Assembly (NCBI RefSeq): GCF_963921235.1
Contig: NC_086108.1
Location: forward strand, 71,984,001-72,048,000
Length of the DNA stretch: 64,000 bases
Origin: Mobula hypostoma
Lineage: Eukaryota
Direction of reading: 5' to 3'
Position 1 is the stretch's first letter. Each line of letters opens with the position of its first letter. This document shows, one piece after another, positions 49,687-62,345 of this stretch. Made by a program: the position numbers and the translations under genes. The notes beneath the pieces are model-generated. The model was not told the DNA's origin and did not search any database. It saw only the letters and a list, made by a program, of their open reading frames with translations.

Positions 49687-52600
49687 ATGGAACAGGCCCT
49701 GAGACCAGAAAAATTAGACCTCAATCCGCAAACACCTGAAGCTGGAAACGCTTTCGAACTCTGGCTGGCCTGCTTCAAAGCGTATCTAGAGGAGATTAAA
49801 GCGACCGACCCCGTAGCGAAGTGCAGAGTTCTACTCTCCAGGGTCAGTCCACGGGTCTATTCGCTGATCAGAGACCAGCCGAACTACGACGGCGCAATGA
49901 ACGCACTCAAAAGACAATACCTGCGGCCGATAAACAGCGTCTATGCTCGGCACCGTTTAGCGACACGGCAACAAGGCCCGGGGAATCGAGTGCTGAGTTC
50001 GTCCAGGCCCTACGGTCGCTCGTGCGAGCCTGCAATTGCCAGGAGCTGACGGCGGCGCAGCATGCAGAACTCCTAGTGAGGGACGCCTTCGTCACGGGGA
50101 CCAGGTCAGTGTACGTGCGCCAGCGGCTGCTGGAAAAAGCCGATCTTACCCTAAATTCGGCGATGGAGCTGGCTAATACGTTGGAGGCCGCTCTGCATAA
50201 CTCCGAGGCTCTCCAGGCACGCGATCCCCCGATGGCCTCGTGGGTGCCGCAGACCCCGCAACCCGCCGGCGAATCGACCTCGGCTGCAGCCAGTCATGAG
50301 TCCGCGAAGTGCTACTTCTGCGGACTGGAGAAGCACCCCTGGAAACGCTGCCTGGCCCGACAAGCTACCTGCTCCAGCTGCAGAAAGAAGGGCCACCTCG
50401 CCAAGGTCTGTAAGTCAAAACTGCAAGCGGGATCGAGCAGCGCTGCGTGCGAGACGTGGGGGTCGCCATCTTCCCTGCACACTGCCACCACATGCGAGAC
50501 ATGGGGGCCGCCATCTTCCCTGCACGCCACCACCACATGCGAGACATGGGGGCGGCCATCTTGGTCGGCGCCACCTCCCACCGCCTACGACCAACAGGTG
50601 CTCACGGGGCACCCCACCACGCCGGACCAAGACAGCGACCCCACCCTGGCTTCTGTGACCCTCCACCAAAGCGCTCCCCACCAGCTCGCAAGGTCAATGA
50701 CAGACATCCTGGTGGAGGGGCACAGGACAAGCTGCCTGTTTGACACAGGCAGCACGGAGAGTTTTATCCACCCGGCCACGGTGCAGCATTGTGGACTCAT
50801 GGTACGACGGTAAGTTGGAGGGTCACCATGGCCTCCAGGTCGCATACAACAGACATCCGGGGGGGTTGTGTAGTGATACTAGTGGTGCAGGGCACAGAAT
50901 ATCGGGACTTTATGTTACTGGTCTTGCCTCAACTGTGTGCCCCTGTGCTGTTGGGGTTGGACTTCCAGAGCCACCTGAAAAGCGTGACAATGAAGTATGA
51001 TGGGCCCCTCCCGCCAATTTCTGTCATAAATCCCCTGTTTTGTAGAGATATGTCACGTACCCCGCTACTGACCACACACACACACCAACGCGCGCATCCC
51101 ACCCAACATCATGCCAACTGCCAGACTACCGACACCACTTGCGGCCTCTCCACCCTCAGGATCCCTCCCCCACCGCTGTTCGCCAACCTGACCCCCAACT
51201 GTAAACATGTGGCAACTAAAAGCAGGAGGTACAGCGCGGGGGACAGAGCTTTCATTAAGTCGGAGGTGCAGCGGCTGCTCAGGGAGGGGGTCATTGAGGC
51301 AAGCACAAGTCCTTGGAGGGCGCAGGTGGTGGTTGTTCGGAACGGGGAGAAAAATAGGATGGTCGTGGACTATAGCCAGACCATCAATAGGTTCACGCAG
51401 CTCGACGCGTACCCTCTACCCCGCATCGCGGATATGGTCAATCAGATAGCAGGGTACAAGGGGTACTCGACCATAGACCTAAAATCCACTTACCATCAGC
51501 TTCCCATCCGCCAGGAGGACCGCCCTTACACTGCCTTCGAGGCGGACGGCAGGCTTTATCAATTCCTGCGCGTCCCCTTTGGTGTCACGAATGGTGTATC
51601 TGTCTTCCAGAGGGCAATGGACTGGATGGTGGACCAGTGCCAACTGAAGGCCACGTTCCCATATCTGGATAACATCACCATCTGCGGTCACGACCAGCAG
51701 GATCACGACAACAACCTTCAAAAATTTCTCCAAGGGGCCAAATCTTTCAACCTCGCCTATAACAAGGACAAGTGTGTATTTGGGACCACCCGACTTGCTA
51801 TCCTTGGGTGTGTCGTGGAGAATGGAGTCATTGGCCCTGACCCCGACCGTAAGCGCCCCTTGTTGGAACTCCCTCTTCCCAATACCCTCACAGCCCTCAA
51901 AAGGTGCCTGGGCTTCTTTTCATATTACGCCCGATGGGTCTCTAACTATGCAGACAAGGCCCGCCCCCTGGTCGAGTCCATCACATTCCCCCTCTCACCC
52001 GAGGCCCGCGCGGCCTTCAGCCGCATAAAAGGGGACATTGCCAAAGCAGCAATGCATGCGGTGGATGAGGCCATTCCCTTCCAAGTAGAGAGTGACGCCT
52101 CCGACTTTGCGCTGGCTGCTACCCTCAACCAGGCAGGAAGACCAGTGGCGTTCTTCTCCCATACCCTTCAAGGCCCTGAAATTCGGGACTCCACGTTGGA
52201 GAAAGAGGCCCAGGCCATAGTGGAAGCTATAAGGCACTGGAGGCACTATCTTGCCGGTAAAAGGTTCACCCTGCTAACTGACCAGCGCTCAGTCGCATTC
52301 ATGTTTAATAATCAGCAGCGGAGCAAAATCAAAAATGATAAAATTCTGAGGTGGAGAATCGGACTCTCCACCTACAACTATGACATCATGTACAGGCCTG
52401 GGAAGCTCAACGAACCCTCCAATGCCCTATCCCGGGGAACGTGCGCCAGCGCGCAGATCGACCAGATATACGCCCTACATGTAGACCTTTGCCACCAGGG
52501 AGTCACCCGGCTTTTCCACTTCGTGAAAGCCCGGAACCTGCCTTACTCCCTTGAGGAGATCAGGACGATGACCAGGGACTGCCAAGTCTGCGCAGAGTGC

Positions 52601-53605
52601 AAACCGCACTTCTACCGACCCGAAAAGGCACCACTCATCAAGGCCACCCGTCCCTTTGAGCGACTGAGTGTTGACTTTAAGGACCCCCTTCCCTCCTCCG
52701 ACCGCAATGTGTACTTTCTTAACGTAATTGACGAGTACTCGCGGTTCCCCTTCGCCATCCCCTGCCCCGACACCACTACCACGTCAGTTATAAAAGCCCT
52801 GCGCAAGCTCTTCACTCCGTTCGGATACCCATGCTATATCCACAGTGACAGAGGGTCCTCGTTTATGAGTGACGAGCTGCGCCAATATCTACTGGCTAGG
52901 GGAATTGCAACCAGTAGGATCACGAGCTATAATCCCCGGGGGAATGGACAGGTAGAGAAGGAGAATGGCACGGTGTGGAAAGCCACACTCTTAACCCTCA
53001 GGTCAAAGGGACTGCTGGTCTCCCGCTGGCAGGAGGTCCTTCCCGAGGCACTCCACTCCATCCGCTCCCTGTTATGCACAGCCACCAATGCCACCCCTCA
53101 TGAGCGGCTCTTTTCTTTTCCCAGAAAATCGACCACTGGAACCACCCTACCATCTTGGCTGACGTCCCCGGGGCCAGTGCTGCTCCGGAAACATGCGAGG
53201 AGCAATAAACACTCCCCGATCGTCGAGAGGGTTCACTTACTTCATGCGAACCCCCAGTATGCCTACGTGGTTTTACCTGATGGGCGGGAGGACACGGTCT
53301 CCATCCGCGACCTGGCGCCCGCAGGAGATCCGGGCCCCTACCCTGAACACTCCGTGGTGACTAATGACCCTGTACCCACCAATGTATGTACCTACGAGAC
53401 ACCGTGCAGCTCAAACCCTATACAGACACCACACGACACTCCCATACCGGGCGCGACGCACACGCATGAGGGATTACCGACGCCTAACGTGCTGGCACCT
53501 GAAGTCAGGCCGGAGCCAGCACAACCGCCATCACCGGTGCAATCACCGCCAGTGCTACGTAGATCACAGCGACGGACTCGACTGCCTGATAGACTTGACC
53601 CGTAA
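49687..53605 (+). pseudogene. Gypsy gag-pol polyprotein, probably one ORF broken by two -1 frameshifts (about 49972 and 50808)
   Basis: Two CX2CX4HX4C knuckles, protease LFDTGS, RT PFG..YLDN, RNase H DASD/EKE/TDQ, and integrase H-H-C-C with D-D-E (VDFK, HSDRG, GQVE). No chromodomain was recognised. Confidence 0.93.
50448..50562 (+). repeat. 45-bp tandem repeat (about 2.5 copies) in the gag-PR linker
   Basis: Units start at 50448, 50493 and 50538 and encode CETWG.PSSLH..TT. Confidence 0.95.
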
Positions 53606-54242
53606 ATATACTTATTGTAAATATTGTCAGTCACTTCACCCCGCGGGACTCTTTTTAAAAAAAGGAGGGGTGAATGTGGTAAACCATGTATATATGTTGT
53701 AACTCGGTTGCCTGTCTGGACACACCTCTCTGCTGACTGCCCCTGTGGCTCCTCCCACAGAGTCCTGTATAAAGGTGTTCGCCTTGCCCCTCCCCCTCAG
53801 TCCAGGGGCAGACACTCACTGTGGAGATCGTATTGTACAGCGAATAAAAGCCTTTCAGTATTTTACCAAACCTCAGTCTTTTGGAGTAATTGAAGGTGCT
53901 TCACCTATGCAGGCAAGAATGCCAATTTAGTATCTTCACTCTATCTACCTGTGTTGAGGCTTTCAGGGAAATGTAGTCTTGAATTTTGAGGTTCCTCTGT
54001 TCATCAGCATTCCACAGTGCCCTACTAATTACTGAGTACGTCCTACCTGTATTTGACTTCCCAACATGCGTCACTTTGTACTTATCAGGATTAAATTCCT
54101 TTTGCCAATGCTCTGCTCAACTTTCCATCCGATCTATAACCTGAAGTAGCCTTAGACAACATTCCTCAATTTCCATCAGGCCACACACTTTCTTGTCATC
54201 CACAAACTTACTGACCATACTTAATTGTACCTCTATATATAA

Positions 54243-54555
54243 ATGGCCAAGTGGTTAAGGCGTTCGTCTTGTGATTTGAAGGTCGCTAGTTCGAGCCTTG
54301 GCTGAGGCAGCGTGTGTGTTCTTGAGCAAGGCACTTAACCACACATTGCTCTGCGACAACATCGGTGCCAAGCTGTACGGGTCCTAATGCCCTTCCCTTG
54401 GACAGCATTGGTGGCGTGGAGAGGGGAGACTTGCAGCATGGGCAACTGCTGGTCTTCCATACAACCTTGCCCAGGCCTGCACCCTGGAAACCTTCCAAGG
54501 TGCAAATCCATGGTCTCATGAGACTAACAGATGCCTATAATAATAATAATAATAA
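54243..54555 (+). mobile_element. tRNA-derived SINE with a (TAA)n tail
   Basis: A box TGGCCAAGTGG, B box AGTTCGAGCC, CORE-like TTGAGCAAGGCACTTAACC, and a TAATAATAA tail. Confidence 0.85.
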
Positions 54556-55483
54556 ATATATAAATATAACATATACAAAATGGATCCCAGCATTGATCAG
54601 AAAAATTGGAAAAGTATCTTTCTGCCGTTATCATCCATCTCCTATCAGCAGTCTAATATTGGATCCAATTAACTTGTCTGATTTGGAAGCCATATGCTCT
54701 AACTTTGGAAGCACCTGCCATGTGGGACCTTATCAAGTAGACACTACCTATTCATTTTCTCCTGGTTGGTGACGCCAACTTTCACTATCTTTCAAAGCAC
54801 CCTCACCATTGCTTCACTAACTTTTTTGTAATTTAATGGCTTGAATGTACTTAGCACAATTTTCTGAACAGTGTATTCCTGCAAGCCTAAACATTGGTAG
54901 GAATTTAAACACACACCAGTTGTGAAGGGATAATTTGTTAAACAATTGTCTCTGTCAGCCCCAAATACTTAACATTTTCATTTGTTTTGGCTGAATGATT
55001 TCGTTCATTAATGGTTGCCAATTGCTTTTCCAAATGAACCACAGTACTTCAATGTTTTCATGTTTTCCTGCTAAGATTTGAAATGTTTTGTGAAGCAATC
55101 CTGAAAACATTTTGCTAAGGGATTGTTTGGGAGGCTATTAAAATTTTAGGAAACATACACTGAGGTGGAAGTTAGTTATTTTGACATGATTTATTGATGC
55201 ATTCTTTTATGATTACAAGAAATTATTCCATTTACAATGAGATAGGAAACCTGAAACCATTTTGTAATTACCTGCCGTGAAGCACTGAGATTTATTAATA
55301 TTTTGACATTCTTTCATGTGACCATCGTATTATTTATAGAAACTAATTTAAATAACACTTTACAACTCAGTGCCCCAGATTAGTTCTGTCATCTCTCTTA
55401 CACGATCAAATGTGTGACTTCATTATTCAATAGGATTTAAAAGGAATAATCTCTGCTATTTCACTCTGTTCATATTTTATCTT

Positions 55484-55722
55484 GGATGGCATGGTAGCAT
55501 AGTGGTTAGTGTAATGCTTTACAGTGCTAGTGAACCGGGTTCAATTCCTGCCGCTGTCAATAACTATGACTGTGTGGATTTCCTCTGGGTCTTCCAGTTT
55601 CTTCCCACATTCCCAAGAACTACAGGTTAGTTGGTTAGCTGATCACATGCGTGTAATTTGGTGGTGTAGGCTTGTTGGGCTGGAAGGACCTGTTACTGTG
55701 CTAAATAATAAAAATAAATAAA
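55484..55722 (+). mobile_element. V-SINE-like element (HE1-type)
   Basis: tRNA head GGCATGGTAGCATAGTGGTTAG..GGGTTCAATTCC, V-domain-like GTGGATTTCCTCTGGGT..CCAGTTTCTTCCCACA, and an AATAAA-rich tail. Confidence 0.75.
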
Positions 55723-58079
55723 TCTCACAGTCCCTCTGCAATTGCATCTCAGTATTTTTCTTACATTGGATAACGCAACTGGAAAATATATTCTAGATAT
55801 ATTTTTCCTTTGAAGGACTGTAAATGCCTTTCATGCTTTGGATGGTGGTGTCTCTGGGATATGAAAGGTAAAGAGAAATGCAGCACACTTTGCAGGGCTC
55901 CAAATGCATGTCAAAATCTTGAGAGGTTTCTACACAAATGAGAAGGCTTTGATCTCAACCTTTGGATCTTCTTGGTATGCACAGGAGTATTTAAGATGAT
56001 TTAAGGTATAGATAGAAACTATCTTCTCTCATGGGGAATCCAGAACAAAAGGGAATAAATTCACCAGCTCTAATAAATGAGATTAACATATTAACACAAC
56101 CTATATCACAAAGTAAAGAAAGCATGAATTAAAGTCCTCTCACAGATGAAGCAAGAATTAAGATGAAAGCTGGAAATGATGTACTGAAGTTTTCAAGTGA
56201 TAGAAAGAGCCAGGATGTTTTTTAAAGCTTGTTATTTCTTTAATTTGGCAGATGCTTGGATGTTGCTATGATATTCCAAATCTCTCATAAAATGCTATTC
56301 TTTTTGAACCTGCCTTATTTTGCATTTGTTTTTTACTTTGCTTTAACTTTTAAAAATTGCCAGTAGCTTGCTTTAGTTACAATTTCAACTGTGGATAAAC
56401 TGATAAATATTTTAGAGAGATAAATTTACTTGATGTTCCTGCACATTGACCTGCACTCTTTCCTATTTGTTATAGATGTATATGCAAGTTTTGAAAATTG
56501 AGTACTTGACATGGTTTTGATAAGTGGTTTTAAAATATGGTCTAATAGAACAATGAAAACCTGAGATGGGAAGCTGCAATGAATAATATCAATGCTACTT
56601 GTCAGTTGAGCTACGTTTCTAAGAAATTATAATTAAATATTTGAGTGTAAAAATTGCCTTTTGTAGCTGTACTAGACAATTGCTATAGAATGGCCACCCC
56701 TTTAATTCCTAATTATGCTCAGCATTATAATTTAAGCAGTTACAAAATACTGACTGACAAATAGTAATTAATATCATTGTGCACCATAACATTTAATTTG
56801 CCCAATTAAAAAACATTCTTTTATTTTCTTTAAAGCAGCAGTTTTACAAATAAAAAGGGAAGAGTACTTTTTCTTTATTTATAATCTGTTCCATTGAATG
56901 GAATGAAATACATGGTCAGAAATTAGAAGAATAGGCAGAGCACATAATGTCCTTTCAGCATTACAGATAAATTCTTGCCCTCGTTTTCTTTGCAGTGTTA
57001 ACACATTAATGTCTTAATGATTGAAGAAAATGCTTCTGCCATTTCGTGTGACCTTTCACACCACCAGGTGTAAAACTACTTGCACTGTTCCAGACACAGG
57101 AAACTAGAGAAAAATAACAAAGGCATTAAAGAAAAATCTTTGCATTTCTCCCCATTCTCTTTTGACATTTTTGCTTTAGGTTATTGGAACATCAGAGATA
57201 GCGGAACAGAAATAGGCTGATTTATGTGTGAGACGATATAATTTAATTTCCAAAAGCTACCCAACCAGAATTGGAAACCAGAAGCAGGAGACAGTCCTTT
57301 GAATTTGCTTGTAATAACTGATGAACATTTGTGTTTGCCGCATTCAGCAGTATCTGATATTTAGCAAAAGTGCATCTACTTCCAGCTGCCCTGGTCTGGT
57401 TCTCATCCCTTCATATCGGTAAAACTAATCACACCTGATTTCAGTTTCACTCGGGTATCTGTGATTTTTTTAAAAGCTTTGACAAATGGCTTTCTGCTTT
57501 CAAAGTCATGAAACAACGCAACTCATTAAACAGAGGATAAATCATTGGGTGCTGCGATATGCTGTTCAGCTATTTTCAACTGATAAATACTGTCTCTTTA
57601 ATGAAACTGTCATTTTGAATTTTGATGCCTCTGGAAAACAAAATATTGGAGCATCTAGCTTTTGATAAAGCCTTTCTTGTTCCACTTGGCACAATTTTAT
57701 CTTAAACAAAATAGGTAGCTTGTGATTAGACCAACAAAAAAGTGTAGGAAGCTCTCTGATGGCTTGAACTGGACAAGATTAGGAGTTAAGGTTTCCATTC
57801 TATATCTTCTTTTGAAATGACAGGAAATTAAAGGAAGCAGTAAAGCTGATTTTATGAAAACACAATTAAAGGAATGGAAAGGGAGGATTTCCGGCTACGT
57901 TACAATGTTGCGGATAATATTAAAGAACATTAAGAAATGCAAGATTTATAGAAACATAAAAGAGCTACAGTACAATACAGGCCCTTTGGCCCACAATGCT
58001 GTGCCAAACATGTACTTACTTTAGAAATTACCTAGGGTTACCCATAGCCCTCTATTTTTCTAACCTCTATGTACCTATC

Positions 58080-58560
58080 AATGCATACTCAAATCAAAAG
58101 CTGTGGATGAACCAGGAGGTCTGTAGACTGCTGAGGGTTAGATCTGTGGCATTTAAGTCTGGCAATCCAGGTCTGTACAAGAAGAACAGGTATGACGTGG
58201 AGGGCTATTTCAAGAGCTATGAAACAATTCCAATTTAGAGGCAACATTGGATGCACATCAACTCTGCCATTACTTCCTACAAAGTGAAACCCAACATCAT
58301 GAATGGCAGTGATGCTTCACTCTTATGCGTTTGCTTCCCGGAATCTTCTCAGCGACAGTAAAGCACTGGGTCACACAAATGGTCTCCAAACTGTAAACCG
58401 CAGGCTCTAACAGTTCCAGAAGCATAATTAAGGTGAAAAACAGATGTAAAAGAAGTAAAAAAGACATTTTTGTGAGCTATCTGGAATTGTCGATCAAGGG
58501 AGCATTTTACGCTGGTGCCATCTTGACCAGTATTGACAGAACACTGGCACATTACTGGCG
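58080..58560. mobile_element. Rex-type LINE fragments (ORF piece on +, probable 5' end on -)
   Basis: YSNQKLWMNQEVCRLLRVRSVAFKSG on the plus strand. AAGATGGC-type start on the minus strand at about 58520-58530. Confidence 0.55.
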
Positions 58561-58654
58561 GTATTGCATCCTGCTTTACCCACTGATCCTTGAAGATGCA
58601 GATTGTCCATGAGGAGGTTCAATCAGCAAGTAACCTGGGTTTAAAGGTTAATAA

Positions 58655-59585
58655 TGACAATTGACAACAATGTAGTAAACTGGATCAGGAAATTTGCAGA
58701 TTACACCAACAGTAGGGGCACAGGGGAAACAAGCCAGGCTTGCAGTGGGATTTGGACCAGCTAGAAAAATGGTCTGAAAAGGTGGCAGATAGAATTTAAT
58801 ACTGATAAGCATGAGGTGCTGCCCATTGGGCGGACAAACTAGGGTAGGACATACACAGTGAATGGTGGGTACTGCGGAGTGCAGAAGAGGAAAGGGATCT
58901 GGGAATACAGGTCTATAATTCATTGGAGGAGGTGTCACATAGATAGGGTGATAAAGAGAGCTTTTGGCACGTTGGCCTTCATAAACCAAAGTAGAGAGTA
59001 CAGGAGATAGGGTGTTATGTTAAAGTTGTATAAGATATTGGCAAGATCTAATTTGTAGTATTGTCTGCAGTTCTAGTCACTACCTATGGGACAGAGATCA
59101 ATAAAAATGAAAGAGCACTGAGAAAATTTACAAGGCTGTTGCTGGGCCTTGAGGACCTGAGTCATAGGAATAGGTTAGGACTTTATTCACTGGAGCATAA
59201 GAGAATGAGGAAAGATTTGATAGAAGTATAAAAAATTGAGGGGTATAAATGAGGTAAAGGCAACCAGGCTTTTTCCACTGAGGTCGGGTGAGACTAGAAC
59301 TAGAGGTCAAAGGTTAAGGGTGGAAGGTGACATAGCTAAGGGGAAACTGAGGGACAATTTTTTTTCACTTAGCATTCGATGCAAGTGTAGAATGAGCTGC
59401 CGGTGGAAGTGGTGGATGAGGATTCTATTACAACATTTAATAGAAGTTTGGGCAAGTATGTATATGGATGGGAGGAAGCTTATGGTCCAGGTGTATGTCC
59501 ATGGGACTAGGCAGAAGAACAGTTTGCCATGGACTAAATGGGCTGAAGGGCCTGTTTCAGTGCTGGAGTGCTCTATGACTCTAAA
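58655..59585 (+). mobile_element. Degraded CR1 LINE 3' part
   Basis: Colinear with 46800-47770 (KFAD, LGLYSLE, RLFPLR.GETRTRG). Confidence 0.85.
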
Positions 59586-59834
59586 TGATAACTATGTGTT
59601 AAATGCATTTGCTTTTGGCTTGTAAAATTGGACAATATGAGCTAATTAAGATTAATTAGAAAGTTTCAATATCCCCATTAAAAGAAGACCCCTAAATAAA
59701 GAGGCATTATCCTTTCAACAATGTTTGGAAGCTGGAATGACTGCACTTTTCAATACTAGTTAATAAATTTTTTGTTGGGGTGGAAATTCAAGGGATGTGA
59801 ATCAAAGTTGGGCAAGTTTAGCGTTACGCAATTA

Positions 59835-60058
59835 CAGCTTGTGGCAATGGAGTTCAAAGTTCAATGCTTGCATTGTCTGTACGTCCTCCCCATGGAATAT
59901 GTGGGCATTCTCTGGGTGCTCTGATTCCCTTCCACAATCCAAAGATGTATTGGATAGTAAGTTAATTGGTCTTGGTAAATTGTCCCATGATTAGGCTAGG
60001 GGTTGCTGGGCAGCATGGCTTGAAGGGCATATTCCGTGCAGTATCTCGATAAAGTTAA
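59835..60058 (+). mobile_element. V-SINE-like fragment
   Basis: GTGGGCATTCTCTGGGTGCTCTGATTCCCTTCCACAATCCAAAGATG..TTAATTGG..TAAATTGTCC. Confidence 0.65.
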
Positions 60059-60060
60059 AC

Positions 60061-62345
60061 AATAGACAATAGACAATAGGTGCAGAAGTAGACCATTCGG
60101 CCCTTCGAGCCTGCACCGCCATTCTGAGATCGTGGCTGATCATCTACTATCAATACCCAGTTCCTGCCTTGTCCCCATAACCCTTGATTCCCCTATCCAT
60201 AAGATACCTATCTAGCTCCTTCTCAAAAGCATCCAGAGAATTGGCCTCCACTGCCTTCTGAGGCAGCGCGTTCCACACCTCCACAACTCTCTGGGAGAAG
60301 AAGTTCCTCCTCAACTCTGTCCTAAATGACCTACCCCTTATTCTTAAACCATGCCCTCTGGTACTGGACTCTCCCAGCATCTGGAACATATTTCCTGCCT
60401 CTATCTTGTCCAATCCCTTAATAATCTTATATATCTCAATCAGATCCCCCCTCAATCTCCTTAATTCCAGTGTGTACAAGCCCAGTCTCTCTAACCTCTC
60501 TGCGTAAGCCAGTCTGGACATCCCAGGAATTAACCTAATGAACCTACGCTGCACCTCCTCCACAGCCAGGATGTCCTTCCTTAACCCTGGAGACCAAAAC
60601 TACACACAATACTCCAGGTGTGGTCTCACCAGGGCCCTGTACAAATGCAAAGGGATTTCCTTGCTCTTGTACACAATTCCCTTTGTAATAAAGGCCAACA
60701 TTCCATTAGCCTTCTTCACTGCCTGCTGCACTTGCTCATTCAGCTTCAGAGACTGCTGAACAAGTACTCCTAGATCTCTTTGTATTTCTCCCTCACCTAA
60801 CTCCACACCATTCAGATAATAATCTGCCTTCCTGTTCTTGCTCCCAAAGTGAATAACCTCACACTTAATCACATTAAACGCCATCTGCCAAGTTTCTGCC
60901 CAGTCACCCAGCCTATCCAAGTCACCTTGAATTCTCCTAACATCCTCATCACATGTCACACTGCCACCCAGCTTAGTATCATCAGCAAACTTGCTGATGT
61001 TATTCACAATGCCTTCCTCTAAATCATTGACGTAAATCGTAAACAGCTGTGGTCCCAATACCGAGCCCTGTGGTACCCCACTAGTCACCACCTGCCATTC
61101 CGAGAAACACCTATTCACTGCTACCCTTTGCTTTCTATCTGCCAATCAGTTTTCTATCCATGTCAATATCCTCCCCCCAATGCCATGAGCTCTGATTTTA
61201 CCCACCAATCTCCTATGTGGTACCTTATCAAATGCCTTCTGAAAGTCAAGGTACACCACATCCACTGGATCTCCCTTGTCTATCTTCCTGGTTACATCCT
61301 CGAAAAAGTCCAATAGATTAGTCAAGCATGATTTGCCCTTGGTAAATCCATGCTGGCTCGGTCCAATCCTATCACTGCTATCAAGATATGCCGCTATTTC
61401 ATCTTTAATAATGGACTCTAGCATCTTCCCCACTACTGATGTTAGGCTAACAGGGCGATAGTTCTCTGTTTTCTCCCTCCCTCCTTTCTTAAAAAGTGGG
61501 ATAATATTAGCCATTCGCCAATCCTCAGGAACTGATCCTGAATCTAAGGAACATTGGAAAATGATCACCAATGCATCCACAATTTCCAGAGCCACCCGCT
61601 TTAGTACCCTAAGATGCAGACCATCTGGACCTGGGGATTTGTTAGCCTTCAGTCCCATCGGTCTACTCATCACCGTTTCCTTCCTAATGTCAATCTGTTT
61701 CAGTTCCTCTGTTATCCTATGTCCTTGGCCCATCCATACATCTGAGAGATTGCTTGTGTCTTCCATAGTGAAGACAGAACCAAAGTACTTATTAAATTCG
61801 TCTGCTATTTCTCTGTTTCCCAATACAATTTCTCCCAATTCATTCTTCAAGGGCCCAACATTGTTCTTAACTATCTTCCTTCTCTTCACATACCTAAAAA
61901 AACTTTTGCTATCCTCCTTTATATTCCTAGCTAGCTTGCATTCATACCTCATTTTTTCTCCCCATATTGCCTTTTTAGTTAAGTTCTGTTGCTCCTTAAA
62001 AATTTCCCAATCATCCGTCTTCCCACTCACCTTAGCTCTGTTATACTTTTTTAGTTCTATGCTATCTCTGACTTCCTTTGTCAACCACTGTGGCCACTTT
62101 CCCCCCTTTGAATCCTTCCTTCTCCGGGGGATGAACTGATTTTGCACCTCGTGCATTATTCCCAAGAATACCTGCCATTGCTGTTCCACTGTCTTTTCTG
62201 CTAGGATATCCGACCAGTCAACTTTGGCCAGCTCCTCACTCATGGCTCCATAGTCTCCTTTGTTCAACTGCAATACTGACACTTCTGGTCTGCCCTTATC
62301 CCTCTCAACTTGCAGATAAAAACTTATCATATTATGGTCACTCCT
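60061..62345 (-). mobile_element. Young 5'-truncated CR1 LINE (ORF2 with two in-frame stops)
   Basis: ORFs 61146..62390, 60600..61145 and 60150..60563 share one frame. Motifs SDHN, PGPDG, YLDFQKAFD, QGSVLGP and FADD, with a (CTATTGT)n tail. Confidence 0.97.

Larger units (their letters stand above)
49432..53903 (+). mobile_element. Full-length Ty3/Gypsy LTR retrotransposon
   Basis: 229-bp LTRs at 49432-49660 and 53675-53903 (TG..CA, 5 differences). TSD CCCAT/CCTAT and PPT AAAAAAAGGAGGGGTGAA. Domain order is gag-PR-RT-RH-IN. Confidence 0.98.
48880..54220 (-). mobile_element. Old CR1 fragment split by the Gypsy insertion (pieces 48880-49431 and 53904-54220)
   Basis: CR1 antisense sequence (CCAGGCAACATCCTAGTGAACCTCC; ATGCCCTGACC[AT]..GCAGGCAAG.ATGCC) continues across the Gypsy element. 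Confidence 0.75.

Noticed and set aside
50448..50562. CRISPR-like repeat array
   Set aside because: These are contiguous in-frame tandem units with no unique spacers, in eukaryotic context with no cas genes.
50800..50815. TAA at the end of ORF 49821..50813 as programmed read-through or a gag-pol frameshift
   Set aside because: It falls inside the protease domain after DTGS, has no slippery heptamer, and the downstream frame is -1. A 1-bp deletion is the simpler explanation, as at about 49972.
54243..54305. tRNA gene
   Set aside because: There is no complete cloverleaf and it continues into a SINE body and (TAA)n tail. The same applies to 39770-39844 and 55484-55555.
57384..57425. Possible 33-nt plus-strand microexon (CCAG|...|GTAAAA)
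   Set aside because: Weak donor and a short pyrimidine tract, expected by chance in 64 kb.
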